64,000 nucleotides of DNA from positions 1,440,001-1,504,000 of the forward strand of contig OZ241993.1 of the NCBI GenBank assembly GCA_965204575.1, read 5' to 3'. The notes below the pieces were generated by a model. The model did no database searches and had not been told where the DNA came from. It was given only the letters and a program-made list of their open reading frames with translations. The stretch comes from an uncultured candidatus Porisulfidus sp. GTDB taxonomy: Bacteria; Pseudomonadota; Gammaproteobacteria; Poriferisulfidales; Poriferisulfidaceae. A program made the position numbers and the translations under genes. Positions 32,701-40,949 of the stretch are shown in pieces. Each line of letters starts with the position of its first letter. Within the stretch, counting starts at the first letter, position 1.

Positions 32701-33638
32701 TTGAGCAATTGTGGGGCCGGACCAGTTACGAAATCGCCCGGCGCCGGGATCATGAGGAATGTGCTCGCAACGAGCACGAAAACAGGAAGAAATGGAGCAC
32801 ACCGCCGCTTTTCTCCAAATTGTCCTATGAAATAGGGGAAAACCCCGCTGCCCCCTATATCCAAGCCGGTACAGCGCCCATCATCGCGATTCTCAGAGAA
32901 CAGGGCGTCAACGGGCAATTCGAGATGGCAGCCGCGTTCTCCCGGGCCGGTTTCGTCTGCAGGGACCTGCACATGAACGATCTCCAGCAGAATCCGCACC
33001 TTCTGGATGATGTCTCGGGCTTGGCTGCCTGTGGCGGATTCTCGTACGGCGACGTTCTCGGAGCCGGTGGGGGTTGGGCAAAAAATGTCTTGTATCACAA
33101 AGATCTAAGGGAGATTTTCGAGAAATTTTTCAAGCGGCCGGAAGTTTTCGCGCTGGGTGTCTGCAATGGCTGCCAGTTGCTTTCCCAAATGAAAGATCTG
33201 ATCCCGGGTGCAGGGCATTGGCCGCGTTTCGTGCCGAATCTCAGCGAACAATTCGAAGCCAGACTGTGCGAAGTAGAGGTTCTGGAATCACCCTCTATCC
33301 TGCTTCAAGGCATGGCTGGTAGCCGCCTCCCGATCGTCGTCGCGCATGGGGAAGGGCGCATTGATCCACAATGCAACATGGCGGATTTGGAAGAAACAGC
33401 CTGCCTGCGATACATCAATGCCAACGGAAAGGCTACTGCGGAGGATTACCCGGCCAACCCGAATGGTTCGGAAGAGGGCATAACCGCGTTGACCAGCACG
33501 GACGGGCGTTTCACCATCATGATGCCGCATCCGGAACGTGTTTTTCGTACCCTGCAGCATTCTTGGCACCCCTCGGAGTGGGGAGAAGAGGCTCCCTGGC
33601 TGCGTCTTTTCCAGAATGCACGGGCCTGGGTGGCCTAA
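29787..33638 (+). CDS. purL: Phosphoribosylformylglycinamidine synthase (large type)
   Basis: NSEHCRHKIF, KVETHNHPT, HDVGAGG, GVCNGCQ, MMPHPER. Confidence 0.97.
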   Translation: MPVCSYPGGKALTDHSRHRLNVRLQAHGHGQVSSARFLHFVDCERALDPTEEGILAGLLDYAPAVDEPTSGPSVLVVPRLGTISPWSSKATEIVRNCGLTAVLRVERGVEYRLQGVDHASPEQVALLHDRMTESILAHREQCEKLFEHPEPAPLERISLGSQPAEALHEANQAYGLALSEADIEYLTQAYNQLGRDPTDAELMMFAQVNSEHCRHKIFNARWTIDGKPMPKSLFEMIQHTHAVSPDGTLSAYRDNAAVLDLGRSRRSAVDPKTRAWEAIDDDYGMVIKVETHNHPTGISPFPGAATGSGGEIRDETACGRGGRPKAGLCGFTVSNLNLDTWPRPWEDLSREHPPRMAQPLDIMIEGPIGAASFNNEFGRPCLAGYFRTLEGEAPAPAGRKVFGYHKPIMIAGGVGSIRKDHVQKQPIPEGALIVVLGGPAMLIGLGGGAASSQHTGAGDEELDYASVQRSNPEMQRRAQEVIEQCTAWGTDNPILALHDVGAGGLSNAIPELIDGELGGAELDLREIPCADSGMSPREIWCNESQERYVLTIRAEAIENFSELCRRERCPFSIVGQAAADGQLRLKDPHFGETAADVPLTLLFGESSKMDIAVPSVDCPDVPLDLKDIELSEAIERVLTLPCVGSKSFLITIGDRSVGGLTVRDQMVGPWQVPVADAAVTACDFEGVKGEAMAMGERPTLAVHRPAASARMAVAEALTNLASVKVLDRARIRLSANWMAAGSEAEALYGLYEAVEAVGMDLCPKLGIAIPVGKDSLSMQATWEGKQVTSPVSLVVSAFASVEDVRRHATPQLQDMADSCLLLVSLSSKRRLGGSALAQVYGQTGSETPDVDNPSLLAAFFDQIQALLDEDAILAYHDRSDGGLLACLCECAFAGRMGLEIDFPVETGEVLDYLFNEEIGAVLQVRGAQMQEIMDRLREAGLTCGPIGAPDTEPMLRLRCQGEEIGTWALPELEQLWGRTSYEIARRRDHEECARNEHENRKKWSTPPLFSKLSYEIGENPAAPYIQAGTAPIIAILREQGVNGQFEMAAAFSRAGFVCRDLHMNDLQQNPHLLDDVSGLAACGGFSYGDVLGAGGGWAKNVLYHKDLREIFEKFFKRPEVFALGVCNGCQLLSQMKDLIPGAGHWPRFVPNLSEQFEARLCEVEVLESPSILLQGMAGSRLPIVVAHGEGRIDPQCNMADLEETACLRYINANGKATAEDYPANPNGSEEGITALTSTDGRFTIMMPHPERVFRTLQHSWHPSEWGEEAPWLRLFQNARAWVA

Positions 33639-33690
33639 AAAGGTCTAATTCCTGTATACTTTTTCGCCGAACCTTTCTCAGGCAAGACAA

Positions 33691-34692
33691 GTGGGTCAAA
33701 TCATCCAAATCGAGGCGCCGGCGCGCCTGCATCTCGGTTTTCTGGACCTTAATGGCGGTCTGGGCCGGCGTTTTGGTGGAATCGGCGTTAGCCTGAAGGA
33801 GATCAGCACCCGTCTTCATTGCTCCCGCAGTGCGGAATTCTCCGCCAAGGGACCCGATTCGGAACGCGCGCTCAAATACGCCCAGCGTTTGTTGGGCATG
33901 ATGGGGCAGGAAGGCGCGGTCAGCATTGAAGTTCATCAAGCAATTCCACCGCATGCAGGATTGGGGTCCGGCACGCAGTTGGCTTTGGCCGTTGGCACTG
34001 CTCTTAGCCATTTGTACAAGTTAAATCTGAATCCTTATGAAATTGCAGAGAAACTTGCCCGAGGCGGACGTTCCGGGATCGGCATTGGTGCGTTCGAACA
34101 GGGTGGCTTTCTGGTCGACGGCGGGCGAGGAAGCGATGGTTCGCTTCCTCCGGTAATCGCACGGCACCCATTTCCCGAACATTGGCGGATCTTGCTACTG
34201 ATGGCGCGTAGCAGCCAAGAGGGCCTTTCGGGCGAAGCGGAACGCCGAGCCTTCGGCGATCTGCCTGAATTTCCCGCTGAAGATGCGGCACATTTGTGCC
34301 GTTTGACCTTGATGCACGTCTTGCCGTCCCTGCTTGAATCCAATCTGGAAAAGTTTGCCAAGGGGATTGGCGAGTTGCAGGACAAGATTGGAGACTATTT
34401 CGCGCCAGCTCAAGGCGGACGCTTTTTCCACGTAAAAATCACCCGCCTCCTGAAACAGGCCAAGCAGCTCGGTTTTCAGGGCGTTGGGCAAAGTTCCTGG
34501 GGACCGACCGGATTTGTCCTGACTGACAGCGAAACCCAGGCTCATGCGCTGGCGAAGAAGCTTCAGCCTGTTGACCCGGATCTGGATCTCCGGATCGTCG
34601 AAGCTTCCAACCGCGGGCACCAACTGACTGTCGGCGCTGGAATGGAAGAAGAATCTCGTCGCCAAGAGAAAAAAACCAACACAAGAACTTGA
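33691..34692 (+). CDS. mptG: Beta-ribofuranosylaminobenzene 5'-phosphate synthase
   Basis: PARLHLGF, PHAGLGSGTQL, RGGRSGIG, GQSSWGPT; first gene of the H4MPT cluster. Confidence 0.9.
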   Translation: MGQIIQIEAPARLHLGFLDLNGGLGRRFGGIGVSLKEISTRLHCSRSAEFSAKGPDSERALKYAQRLLGMMGQEGAVSIEVHQAIPPHAGLGSGTQLALAVGTALSHLYKLNLNPYEIAEKLARGGRSGIGIGAFEQGGFLVDGGRGSDGSLPPVIARHPFPEHWRILLLMARSSQEGLSGEAERRAFGDLPEFPAEDAAHLCRLTLMHVLPSLLESNLEKFAKGIGELQDKIGDYFAPAQGGRFFHVKITRLLKQAKQLGFQGVGQSSWGPTGFVLTDSETQAHALAKKLQPVDPDLDLRIVEASNRGHQLTVGAGMEEESRRQEKKTNTRT

Positions 34693-34705
34693 AAAAAGGA
34701 AAATC

Positions 34706-35605
34706 ATGGAAAAGAAATACCTTTTGCACATGCTGACTTCGGCGAAAAACCTGAGTCCGTTTGACGCCAACATGGCATACGATGCAGGCTGGGACGCCTG
34801 CATTCCATACATCCAAGTGGAAAGCGACGAAGTCAAAGGCCTCGTCGAAGACGCGATATTTTCACGAGGGCCGAACGGCGTCAAACGTACCGGCCTGTTC
34901 ATTGGCGGGCGCGACATGCATCAGGCAATGGAAATGCTGGAGACGTGCCAGAAATCCATGGTACCGCCATTCGTGGTCTCGGCATTTGCCGATCCCAGCG
35001 GAGCATTCACGACGGCAGCCGCAATGGTGGCGAAAGTCGAAAAAGCGTTGCGCGACGGGCATGGAGAGGGACTTTCGGGCCAGCGCATCGTGGCGCTTGG
35101 CGGAACCGGTCCAGTCGGGTCGGCAGCAGCGGTCATCGCCGCAAATGCGGGAGCCCGAGTCACCATCCTGGGGCGCCAGAAAGAGAAAAGCGACCGTGCG
35201 GCCGAATTGTGCAATCAGAAATACGGCGCGGATTCGGCCGTCGACGGGGAAGCCAATGATCAGTTGGATCAGCTCCTTGGTGAAACTGATGTCGTGTTCG
35301 CCTCGGCAGCGGCGGGAATCCAGTTGGTATCGAAAGAACAGATGGCCAATGCGCCCAGGTTGAAAGTGGCGGCCGACGTCAATGCGGTCCCGCCATCCGG
35401 CATCCATGGCCTTGGGGTAATGGACGACGGCAGTTCGATCGAGGATTGCCAGAGCGGAGCGGTCGGCATTGGTGCGCTTGCCATCGGGAATGTGAAGTAC
35501 CAGACCCAGCATCGGCTGCTTCAGCTGATGCGCGAGACGGAAGAGCCGGTTTATTTCCATTTCGAACACGCTTTCGAAGTGGCGCGTCAGTGTGCTGCGG
35601 AATAG
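34706..35605 (+). CDS. mtdB: NAD(P)-dependent methylene-H4MPT dehydrogenase
   Basis: SPFDANMAYDAG, DAIFSRGP, DPSGAFTTAAA, DVNAVPP. Confidence 0.88.
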   Translation: MEKKYLLHMLTSAKNLSPFDANMAYDAGWDACIPYIQVESDEVKGLVEDAIFSRGPNGVKRTGLFIGGRDMHQAMEMLETCQKSMVPPFVVSAFADPSGAFTTAAAMVAKVEKALRDGHGEGLSGQRIVALGGTGPVGSAAAVIAANAGARVTILGRQKEKSDRAAELCNQKYGADSAVDGEANDQLDQLLGETDVVFASAAAGIQLVSKEQMANAPRLKVAADVNAVPPSGIHGLGVMDDGSSIEDCQSGAVGIGALAIGNVKYQTQHRLLQLMRETEEPVYFHFEHAFEVARQCAAE

Positions 35606-36761
35606 CGGGAGACTGTTCCTGCTGTCCGCTTCGGTGCGGGCACATGCCCAAGCGGCGATGCGCCGCCAGCGGCCGGTCGTGGCGATTGACAGGTTTCTCG
35701 ATGCGGATCTGAACGCCGATGAGGTAATCCGGGCGAATCTGGAAGATGATCAGTTCTCCTTGGAAATACTGGAAATTGTGTGCCAACGGAGCCAGCCGGA
35801 CGACCTGTTGGCCTACGGCTCGGGTTTTGAATCGCATCCGGAGTTGCTGGATCGTTTGCAATCCTGCGTCCGGGTTCTAGGCAATTTGCCCGACACCGTT
35901 CGCCTGTGCGCCGATCCTGCGCAGTTATCGAACCGTTTGGAAAAACTTGGAATCTCTGGGCCGGAAATCAGAGATCAGAAGCCAAGTGCTTTAGAAGGCT
36001 GGCTCGTCAAACAAAAAGGCCGGGCAGGGGGATGCCATGTGCAACCGGCTTCGCGATTCCAAGATGCTTCGAATTCTTTCTACTGGCAGCGTCAATGCAC
36101 AGGCAAACCGCATTCCGCGCTTTTCCTCGCAGCCGGAGGGGCAGCCCATGTCATTGGAATCAGCCAGCTGTTGCCTTCGGGAAGAACGGATGCGCCCTAC
36201 GCTTGGAGCGGCGCGATTGGCCCGATTCAAGTTTTACCGGAGGTTTTCGAGCAAGTACAATGGACGGTACGAGTCTTGGCGAGCGATCTTGATCTTCTTG
36301 GCCTCTGCGGCATCGATTTCATAGTTGATCCTAAAAAGGAAGTGCAACTTGTGGATTTGAATCCAAGATTGGTGGCGACTTGCGAGCTCTACGCGGATCG
36401 TTTTGCTTCCGATTACATGAGCACGCACATCGAAACCTGTCTCACCGGCGACCCGGACGGACACTTGATTCCTGACTCAGAACGAAGAGAAGGCGTGCGA
36501 GGGATGCAGGTCGTCTATACTCCACGCCCGATTGCCGGCATGGCAAATTGGAAGTGGCCGGACGGGGCAGCTGATCTGCCGAACACCGGAACCAGTATCG
36601 ATGCCGGACAGCCCTTGTGCACGGTACGAGGCCGTTACCGCGATGCGGACGAGGCTCGTGCCGGCCTAGAGGATCTCAGCCATCAGGTTTTGGCATACCT
36701 GCAACCCGATACCCTTCACTCGTTTTCCCCCGGAAGCCCAGCACATGAAGTTACCCATTAG
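35592..36761 (+). CDS. ATP-grasp protein of the H4MPT/methylofuran cluster (OrfY-like)
   Basis: AIDRFLDAD, YGSGFE, GIDF, DLNPR; position between mtdB and mch. Confidence 0.78.
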   Translation: MLRNSGRLFLLSASVRAHAQAAMRRQRPVVAIDRFLDADLNADEVIRANLEDDQFSLEILEIVCQRSQPDDLLAYGSGFESHPELLDRLQSCVRVLGNLPDTVRLCADPAQLSNRLEKLGISGPEIRDQKPSALEGWLVKQKGRAGGCHVQPASRFQDASNSFYWQRQCTGKPHSALFLAAGGAAHVIGISQLLPSGRTDAPYAWSGAIGPIQVLPEVFEQVQWTVRVLASDLDLLGLCGIDFIVDPKKEVQLVDLNPRLVATCELYADRFASDYMSTHIETCLTGDPDGHLIPDSERREGVRGMQVVYTPRPIAGMANWKWPDGAADLPNTGTSIDAGQPLCTVRGRYRDADEARAGLEDLSHQVLAYLQPDTLHSFSPGSPAHEVTH

Positions 36762-37707
36762 TCTCAACCGCCAGGTTGAACCCCTGGTTCGCTCTCTTTC
36801 CGATCAAGCGTGGAGCCTGCGCATCGTGGAATCTCCAACGGAAGAAGGGATATGGGTGGTGGATGCCGGTATCAATGCAATTGGCGGGATCGAGGCGGGG
36901 CGCCAAATCGCAGAAATTTGCATGGCGGGCCTGGGGCAGGCCACGCTGACTTATGGCGGATCGGGGGATTGGCCGCTGACCATACATGTTCACACGCAAC
37001 ACCCAGTCCTTGCCTGTCTGGCAAGCCAATACGCGGGATGGTCGCTGAGCGATGAGGAAAGCGGTTTTTACGCCTTGGGATCTGGCCCGGCCCGCAGCAT
37101 GGCACAGAAGGAGGATCTGTTCGAGAAGATCGGCTACAAGGATTCCTACATCTACACGGCGCTGGTGCTGGAGGTCGACAAGATTCCACCACGTGCAGTG
37201 CGCGAAAAAATCTGCCGGGACTGCGGAGTCGAACCGTTCAACCTGACTTTGATCCTGACGCCGACCACCAGTCTCGCAGGGACAGTGCAGGTGGTCGGCC
37301 GGGTTCTCGAGGTCGGGTTGCACAAGGCGCATGAATTGGGCTTCGACTTAAGTTGCGTGGTAGACGGCATTGGCAGCGCCCCGATCCCGCCACTCGACAA
37401 TTCCGACATGGTGAAGATGATGGGGCGCACGAACGATGCGATCCTGTTCGGCGGACAGATCAAACTGTTCGTCCAGTCCACAGACGAAGAAGCGGAAAGG
37501 CTCGCGACCGAGCTGCCGAGCAGCACGTCCCGCGATTACGGCAAACCATTCGCCAAAGTGTTCAAGGAACACGATCATGATTTCTTCCAGGTTGACCCGA
37601 TGTTATTCAGTCCAGCCCGGGTCTTAGTCAATAACATCCGGACCGGTCGCTCCTTCGCTGCTGGCGCGGTCAACCACGAATTGCTGGAGCAATCCTTTAG
37701 GGAATGA
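36745..37707 (+). CDS. mch: Methenyl-H4MPT cyclohydrolase
   Basis: ACLASQYAGW, LGSGPAR, SLAGTVQVVGR, MGRTNDAILFGG, DPMLFSPA. Confidence 0.94.
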   Translation: MKLPISLNRQVEPLVRSLSDQAWSLRIVESPTEEGIWVVDAGINAIGGIEAGRQIAEICMAGLGQATLTYGGSGDWPLTIHVHTQHPVLACLASQYAGWSLSDEESGFYALGSGPARSMAQKEDLFEKIGYKDSYIYTALVLEVDKIPPRAVREKICRDCGVEPFNLTLILTPTTSLAGTVQVVGRVLEVGLHKAHELGFDLSCVVDGIGSAPIPPLDNSDMVKMMGRTNDAILFGGQIKLFVQSTDEEAERLATELPSSTSRDYGKPFAKVFKEHDHDFFQVDPMLFSPARVLVNNIRTGRSFAAGAVNHELLEQSFRE

Positions 37708-38615
37708 TCGAGCACGGGCGCTACGCCATCGTGACCGATCAACCTGGCTGGCATGGTCACCAGCTCCGCCAGGCTTTGGAGGCGAAGGGCCTGGAAAGTG
37801 ATTTCGTCCGCTTGCAGGAATGCCGCCTGGAAGTACAAAACGGCGCACCGAAAATCGGAATCCCCGGCTTTGAAGACCAACTGCCGTCGGGAGTATTCAT
37901 CCGTGAAGTACCAGGGGGAAGCCTAGAAGAGGTCATCTTCTACCTGGATATCCTGCACGCCTTGGAAGCTTCGGGCGTCAAGGTCTACAACGACGCCGGC
38001 GCGATCGAACGCAGTGTGGACAAGGTCCGTGCAAGTTTCCTGTTTGCACTTCACAACGTTCCAACGCCTCGGACTTTCGCGGTACGGGATGTTCGGCAGA
38101 TGCGCGAGTTCCTGGACAATTGGTTCGAAACTCACCAGCACGTGGTGGCGAAACCCATCTTCGGCTCACAGGGCAAAGGGCTGAAGCGCCTGTCTCGGGA
38201 CGACCCGCATCCTGACTACGATCTGTCCCGTGGAATCTACTATTTGCAGGAATATATCGAGCCGGTCTCATCCCGCAGTTGTGACTGGCGAATTTTGGTG
38301 ATTGATGGTCAAGCCGTCGCGGCCATGCGAAGGGAGGGCGAGGACTGGATCAGCAATATCGCTAACGGAGGGCAGGGACACGCAGCTCCGCTAGAGCCAG
38401 AATTGGCTCAATTGGCAGAACGTGCAGTGACGGCAGTGGGAATGCCGTATGCAGGAGTGGACTTGATGCGCGATCGACAAGGAGTCGCTTGGGTCACCGA
38501 AGTCAACAGCATCCCGGCATGGCGGGGACTGCAGCAGGTCCATCCGGAAAACATTTCAGACCTTTTGATCGAAGGGTTCCTGAAGTGCTGCCACGGAGGA
38601 TCTACGCCTTCCTGA
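37704..38615 (+). CDS. RimK-family ATP-grasp glutamate ligase (Orf5-like)
   Basis: GGSLEEV, IERSVDK, KPIFGSQGKG, WISNIANG, EVNSIPAW. Confidence 0.85.
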   Translation: MIEHGRYAIVTDQPGWHGHQLRQALEAKGLESDFVRLQECRLEVQNGAPKIGIPGFEDQLPSGVFIREVPGGSLEEVIFYLDILHALEASGVKVYNDAGAIERSVDKVRASFLFALHNVPTPRTFAVRDVRQMREFLDNWFETHQHVVAKPIFGSQGKGLKRLSRDDPHPDYDLSRGIYYLQEYIEPVSSRSCDWRILVIDGQAVAAMRREGEDWISNIANGGQGHAAPLEPELAQLAERAVTAVGMPYAGVDLMRDRQGVAWVTEVNSIPAWRGLQQVHPENISDLLIEGFLKCCHGGSTPS

Positions 38616-38627
38616 ACAGGCATTCCG

Positions 38628-39563
38628 ATGGCCAAGCACCTGCGCGCCTATTACGATCCTCCTTGGCGTTTCACCTCGCGGCAATTCCTGTATGCCTGCC
38701 TGTTGGATCTGCAGGCGCTGAAACCGGGCAACGTCGGGCTGCATGGGGAAGGGCACGGGAAAACATGTCAGGACTTCCGACAGAGCGCTCAGGCGTCAGC
38801 CGAACTGATTACTCGACCGGACTGGAGTTTAGGCCGGCAGATACGCGAAGCAGCCCGGGCTAGCTGGGGCGTGGCGGGCTGCAATACCAATCTCGGAGTC
38901 CTGCTGCTGACAGCACCACTGGTTTCCGCTTATTACCGGGAGGGTCCTCCGGGCCTGGAGCAGCGCGTGGAGGCGGTCCTGGCGGAAACCACGGTCAATG
39001 ACGCGCGAGATGTATACCGAGCCATTCAACTGATGCAGCCGGCGGGTTTGGGGCGATCACCGCAAGCCGATATCCGCGAGCGGCCGAAGATCACCCTGCG
39101 GGAGGCCATGGCGCTGGCTGCCGAGCGAGACCAAGTCGCGGCACAGTACCGAGACGGGTTTCCGATCGTCTTTGCCGAAGCCCGGCCGCAGTGGGAATCG
39201 CTTTGCCTCCAGTGGGGTGATGCGCGGTGGGCGACGGCCGGCGTATTCCTGACTCTTCTCGGGCGCTATCCGGACTCTCACATTGCTCGCGTACACGGCG
39301 AAGAGGCTGCAAGGTCAGTTAGTGGTACGGTTAAAAAGTTAGCCGATGAATTTTGCGGGGCTGAAACTCCAGATACTCTTCGGCCCAGGCTCCTGGAACT
39401 GGATGCTTCTTGGAAGAGCACCGGTCTCAGCCCGGGAACCACGGCGGACTTGACCCTAGCGGGGGTTCTGGCCGCTCGGCTCGACGGGTGGAGTGACGAC
39501 AGGGACACGGAGGCCCTGTCACAGGGAGATGATTCCCGAAACCCATCGGGTGAGTCTGCGTGA
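38628..39563 (+). CDS. CitG-like triphosphoribosyl-dephospho-CoA synthase family (Orf7-like)
   Basis: KPGNV, NTNLG, DSHIAR, PGTTADL. Confidence 0.85.
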   Translation: MAKHLRAYYDPPWRFTSRQFLYACLLDLQALKPGNVGLHGEGHGKTCQDFRQSAQASAELITRPDWSLGRQIREAARASWGVAGCNTNLGVLLLTAPLVSAYYREGPPGLEQRVEAVLAETTVNDARDVYRAIQLMQPAGLGRSPQADIRERPKITLREAMALAAERDQVAAQYRDGFPIVFAEARPQWESLCLQWGDARWATAGVFLTLLGRYPDSHIARVHGEEAARSVSGTVKKLADEFCGAETPDTLRPRLLELDASWKSTGLSPGTTADLTLAGVLAARLDGWSDDRDTEALSQGDDSRNPSGESA

Positions 39564-39681
39564 TTTGACGGATTCGTTGTATGCAAACCGGCGTAAGGTT
39601 CCATTAAATCAAAGAGCAAAGCCAACCGGGTTTTGACTATGATATGATTTGGGCGTCCGTGAGTGGGGGACGGTACTCATT

Positions 39682-39798
39682 CTGACCGGAGGCGCTCCGG
39701 TGACAGGACGGGGAGGGGACAACGAAACGGGGCCTTTTCGGGTGAGAAGGCTAGTGGATACCGCCGATGATCCGTCAATTATGCTCTGATACCGGAAA
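39682..39798 (+). ncRNA. Stand-alone omegaRNA-like locus (scaffold 39682-39778, distinct guide from 39779)
   Basis: 97-nt homology to both tnpB 3' ends with no tnpB gene attached; covarying hairpin; upstream TGnTATGAT; downstream GAAA-loop hairpin. Confidence 0.72.
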
Positions 39799-39855
39799 CG
39801 GTATTTATTGTGTACTAAGCGCCCAAACAAAAACAAAAACTGGAGTAAATCAATA

Positions 39856-40380
39856 ATGGCAATCGATAAAGTTCTCGTTGGAGAGGCTTTGGTCAACGAC
39901 AACGACCCTTCTGGGACAATGGCTGAAATCGCTCACATCGATCTTCTCATTGGCCCGCGCGGCTCTGCCGTGGAGACGGCTTTCTGCAACGGTCTGGTCA
40001 ACAACAAGGACGGGTTCACGACACTGCTCGCTGTAGTGGCGCCGAACCTGCCGTGTAAGCCGGACACCATGATGTACAACAAGGTCACGATCAAGGGCGC
40101 CAAACAGGCTGTCCAGATGTTCGGGCCCGCCCAGAAGGCTGTCGCCATGGCTGTTGCGGATTCAGTTGAGGCCGGGGTTCTCCCGAAAGACGAAAGCGGC
40201 AACCTGTATGTCTGTGTTGGCGTGTTCATCCACTGGGAGGCCGACAGCGATGCGGCGATCTACGAAAACAACTACAAGGCCACTAAGCAGGCTATCGCCA
40301 ATGCCGTGGGTGGAGTTCCCACTGTGGACGACATGCTTTCCCAGAAGGACAGCACCGACCATCCGTTCCAAGGCTTCTAG
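39856..40380 (+). CDS. fae: Formaldehyde-activating enzyme
   Basis: [40 protein letters not shown]; GGAG RBS. Confidence 0.95.
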   Translation: MAIDKVLVGEALVNDNDPSGTMAEIAHIDLLIGPRGSAVETAFCNGLVNNKDGFTTLLAVVAPNLPCKPDTMMYNKVTIKGAKQAVQMFGPAQKAVAMAVADSVEAGVLPKDESGNLYVCVGVFIHWEADSDAAIYENNYKATKQAIANAVGGVPTVDDMLSQKDSTDHPFQGF

Positions 40381-40399
40381 TCAGGCATCGTGCTCGAAG

Positions 40400-40430
40400 A
40401 AAAGCGCCGCTTTATGCGGCGCTTTTTTTT
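40400..40430 (+). terminator. Intrinsic terminator after fae
   Basis: AAAAGCGCCGC-TTTAT-GCGGCGC followed by T8. Confidence 0.88.
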
Positions 40431-40502
40431 ATGCCGCAGTTACAATGCTTTCTTTAGGAGAATCTTGAGGGAAAGCCTCGCTGGAACTCAGGAAGCACAG
40501 AG

Positions 40503-40943
40503 ATGGACGCGCGCGTGATTACCGAGCCTTTGGATCCCTGGAAAGAGATCCAGGAATTTTTGTCAGTTCGCGCGGAACTGCGCGGGAAGTGCGGTGCAAT
40601 GGTGGTGTTCGTGGGCACGATGCGGGCACAGAACGAGGGAGAGACTGTACAGTCCATGCACCTTGAACACTACCCGGAGATGACTCAGGCCCATTTGGAA
40701 GAAATCGCACGCCAGGCGCGGGACAAATTCGGGCTTTCAGCCGTCCTTCTGCGCCACCGTGTCGGAGAGCTCCATCCGGGTGACGACATCGTCCTGGTTG
40801 CCGTCTGGGCGGAACACCGGAAGGCCGCGTACGAGGGCAACCGGTTTCTTATGGAGGACCTGAAATCCACCGCACCTTTCTGGAAGGAAGAAACCCTCGC
40901 AGGGGGCGAGCGGCGCTGGGTGGAGGAGAATACTCCGGGCTGA
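40503..40943 (+). CDS. moaE: Molybdopterin synthase catalytic subunit
   Basis: GAMVVFVGTMR, LEHYPEMT, HRVG, KSTAPFWKEE. Confidence 0.93.
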   Translation: MDARVITEPLDPWKEIQEFLSVRAELRGKCGAMVVFVGTMRAQNEGETVQSMHLEHYPEMTQAHLEEIARQARDKFGLSAVLLRHRVGELHPGDDIVLVAVWAEHRKAAYEGNRFLMEDLKSTAPFWKEETLAGGERRWVEENTPG

Positions 40944-40949
40944 GCCCGC

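Noticed and set aside
39783-39793. GCTCTGATACC in the orphan guide resembles a eukaryotic initiator tRNA 3' end / retroelement primer-binding site
   Set aside because: Only 11 nt, with no supporting retroelement context; chance is likely.
39808-39855. Longer fae start in the ORF track
   Set aside because: The GGAG RBS and family N-terminus support ATG 39856.
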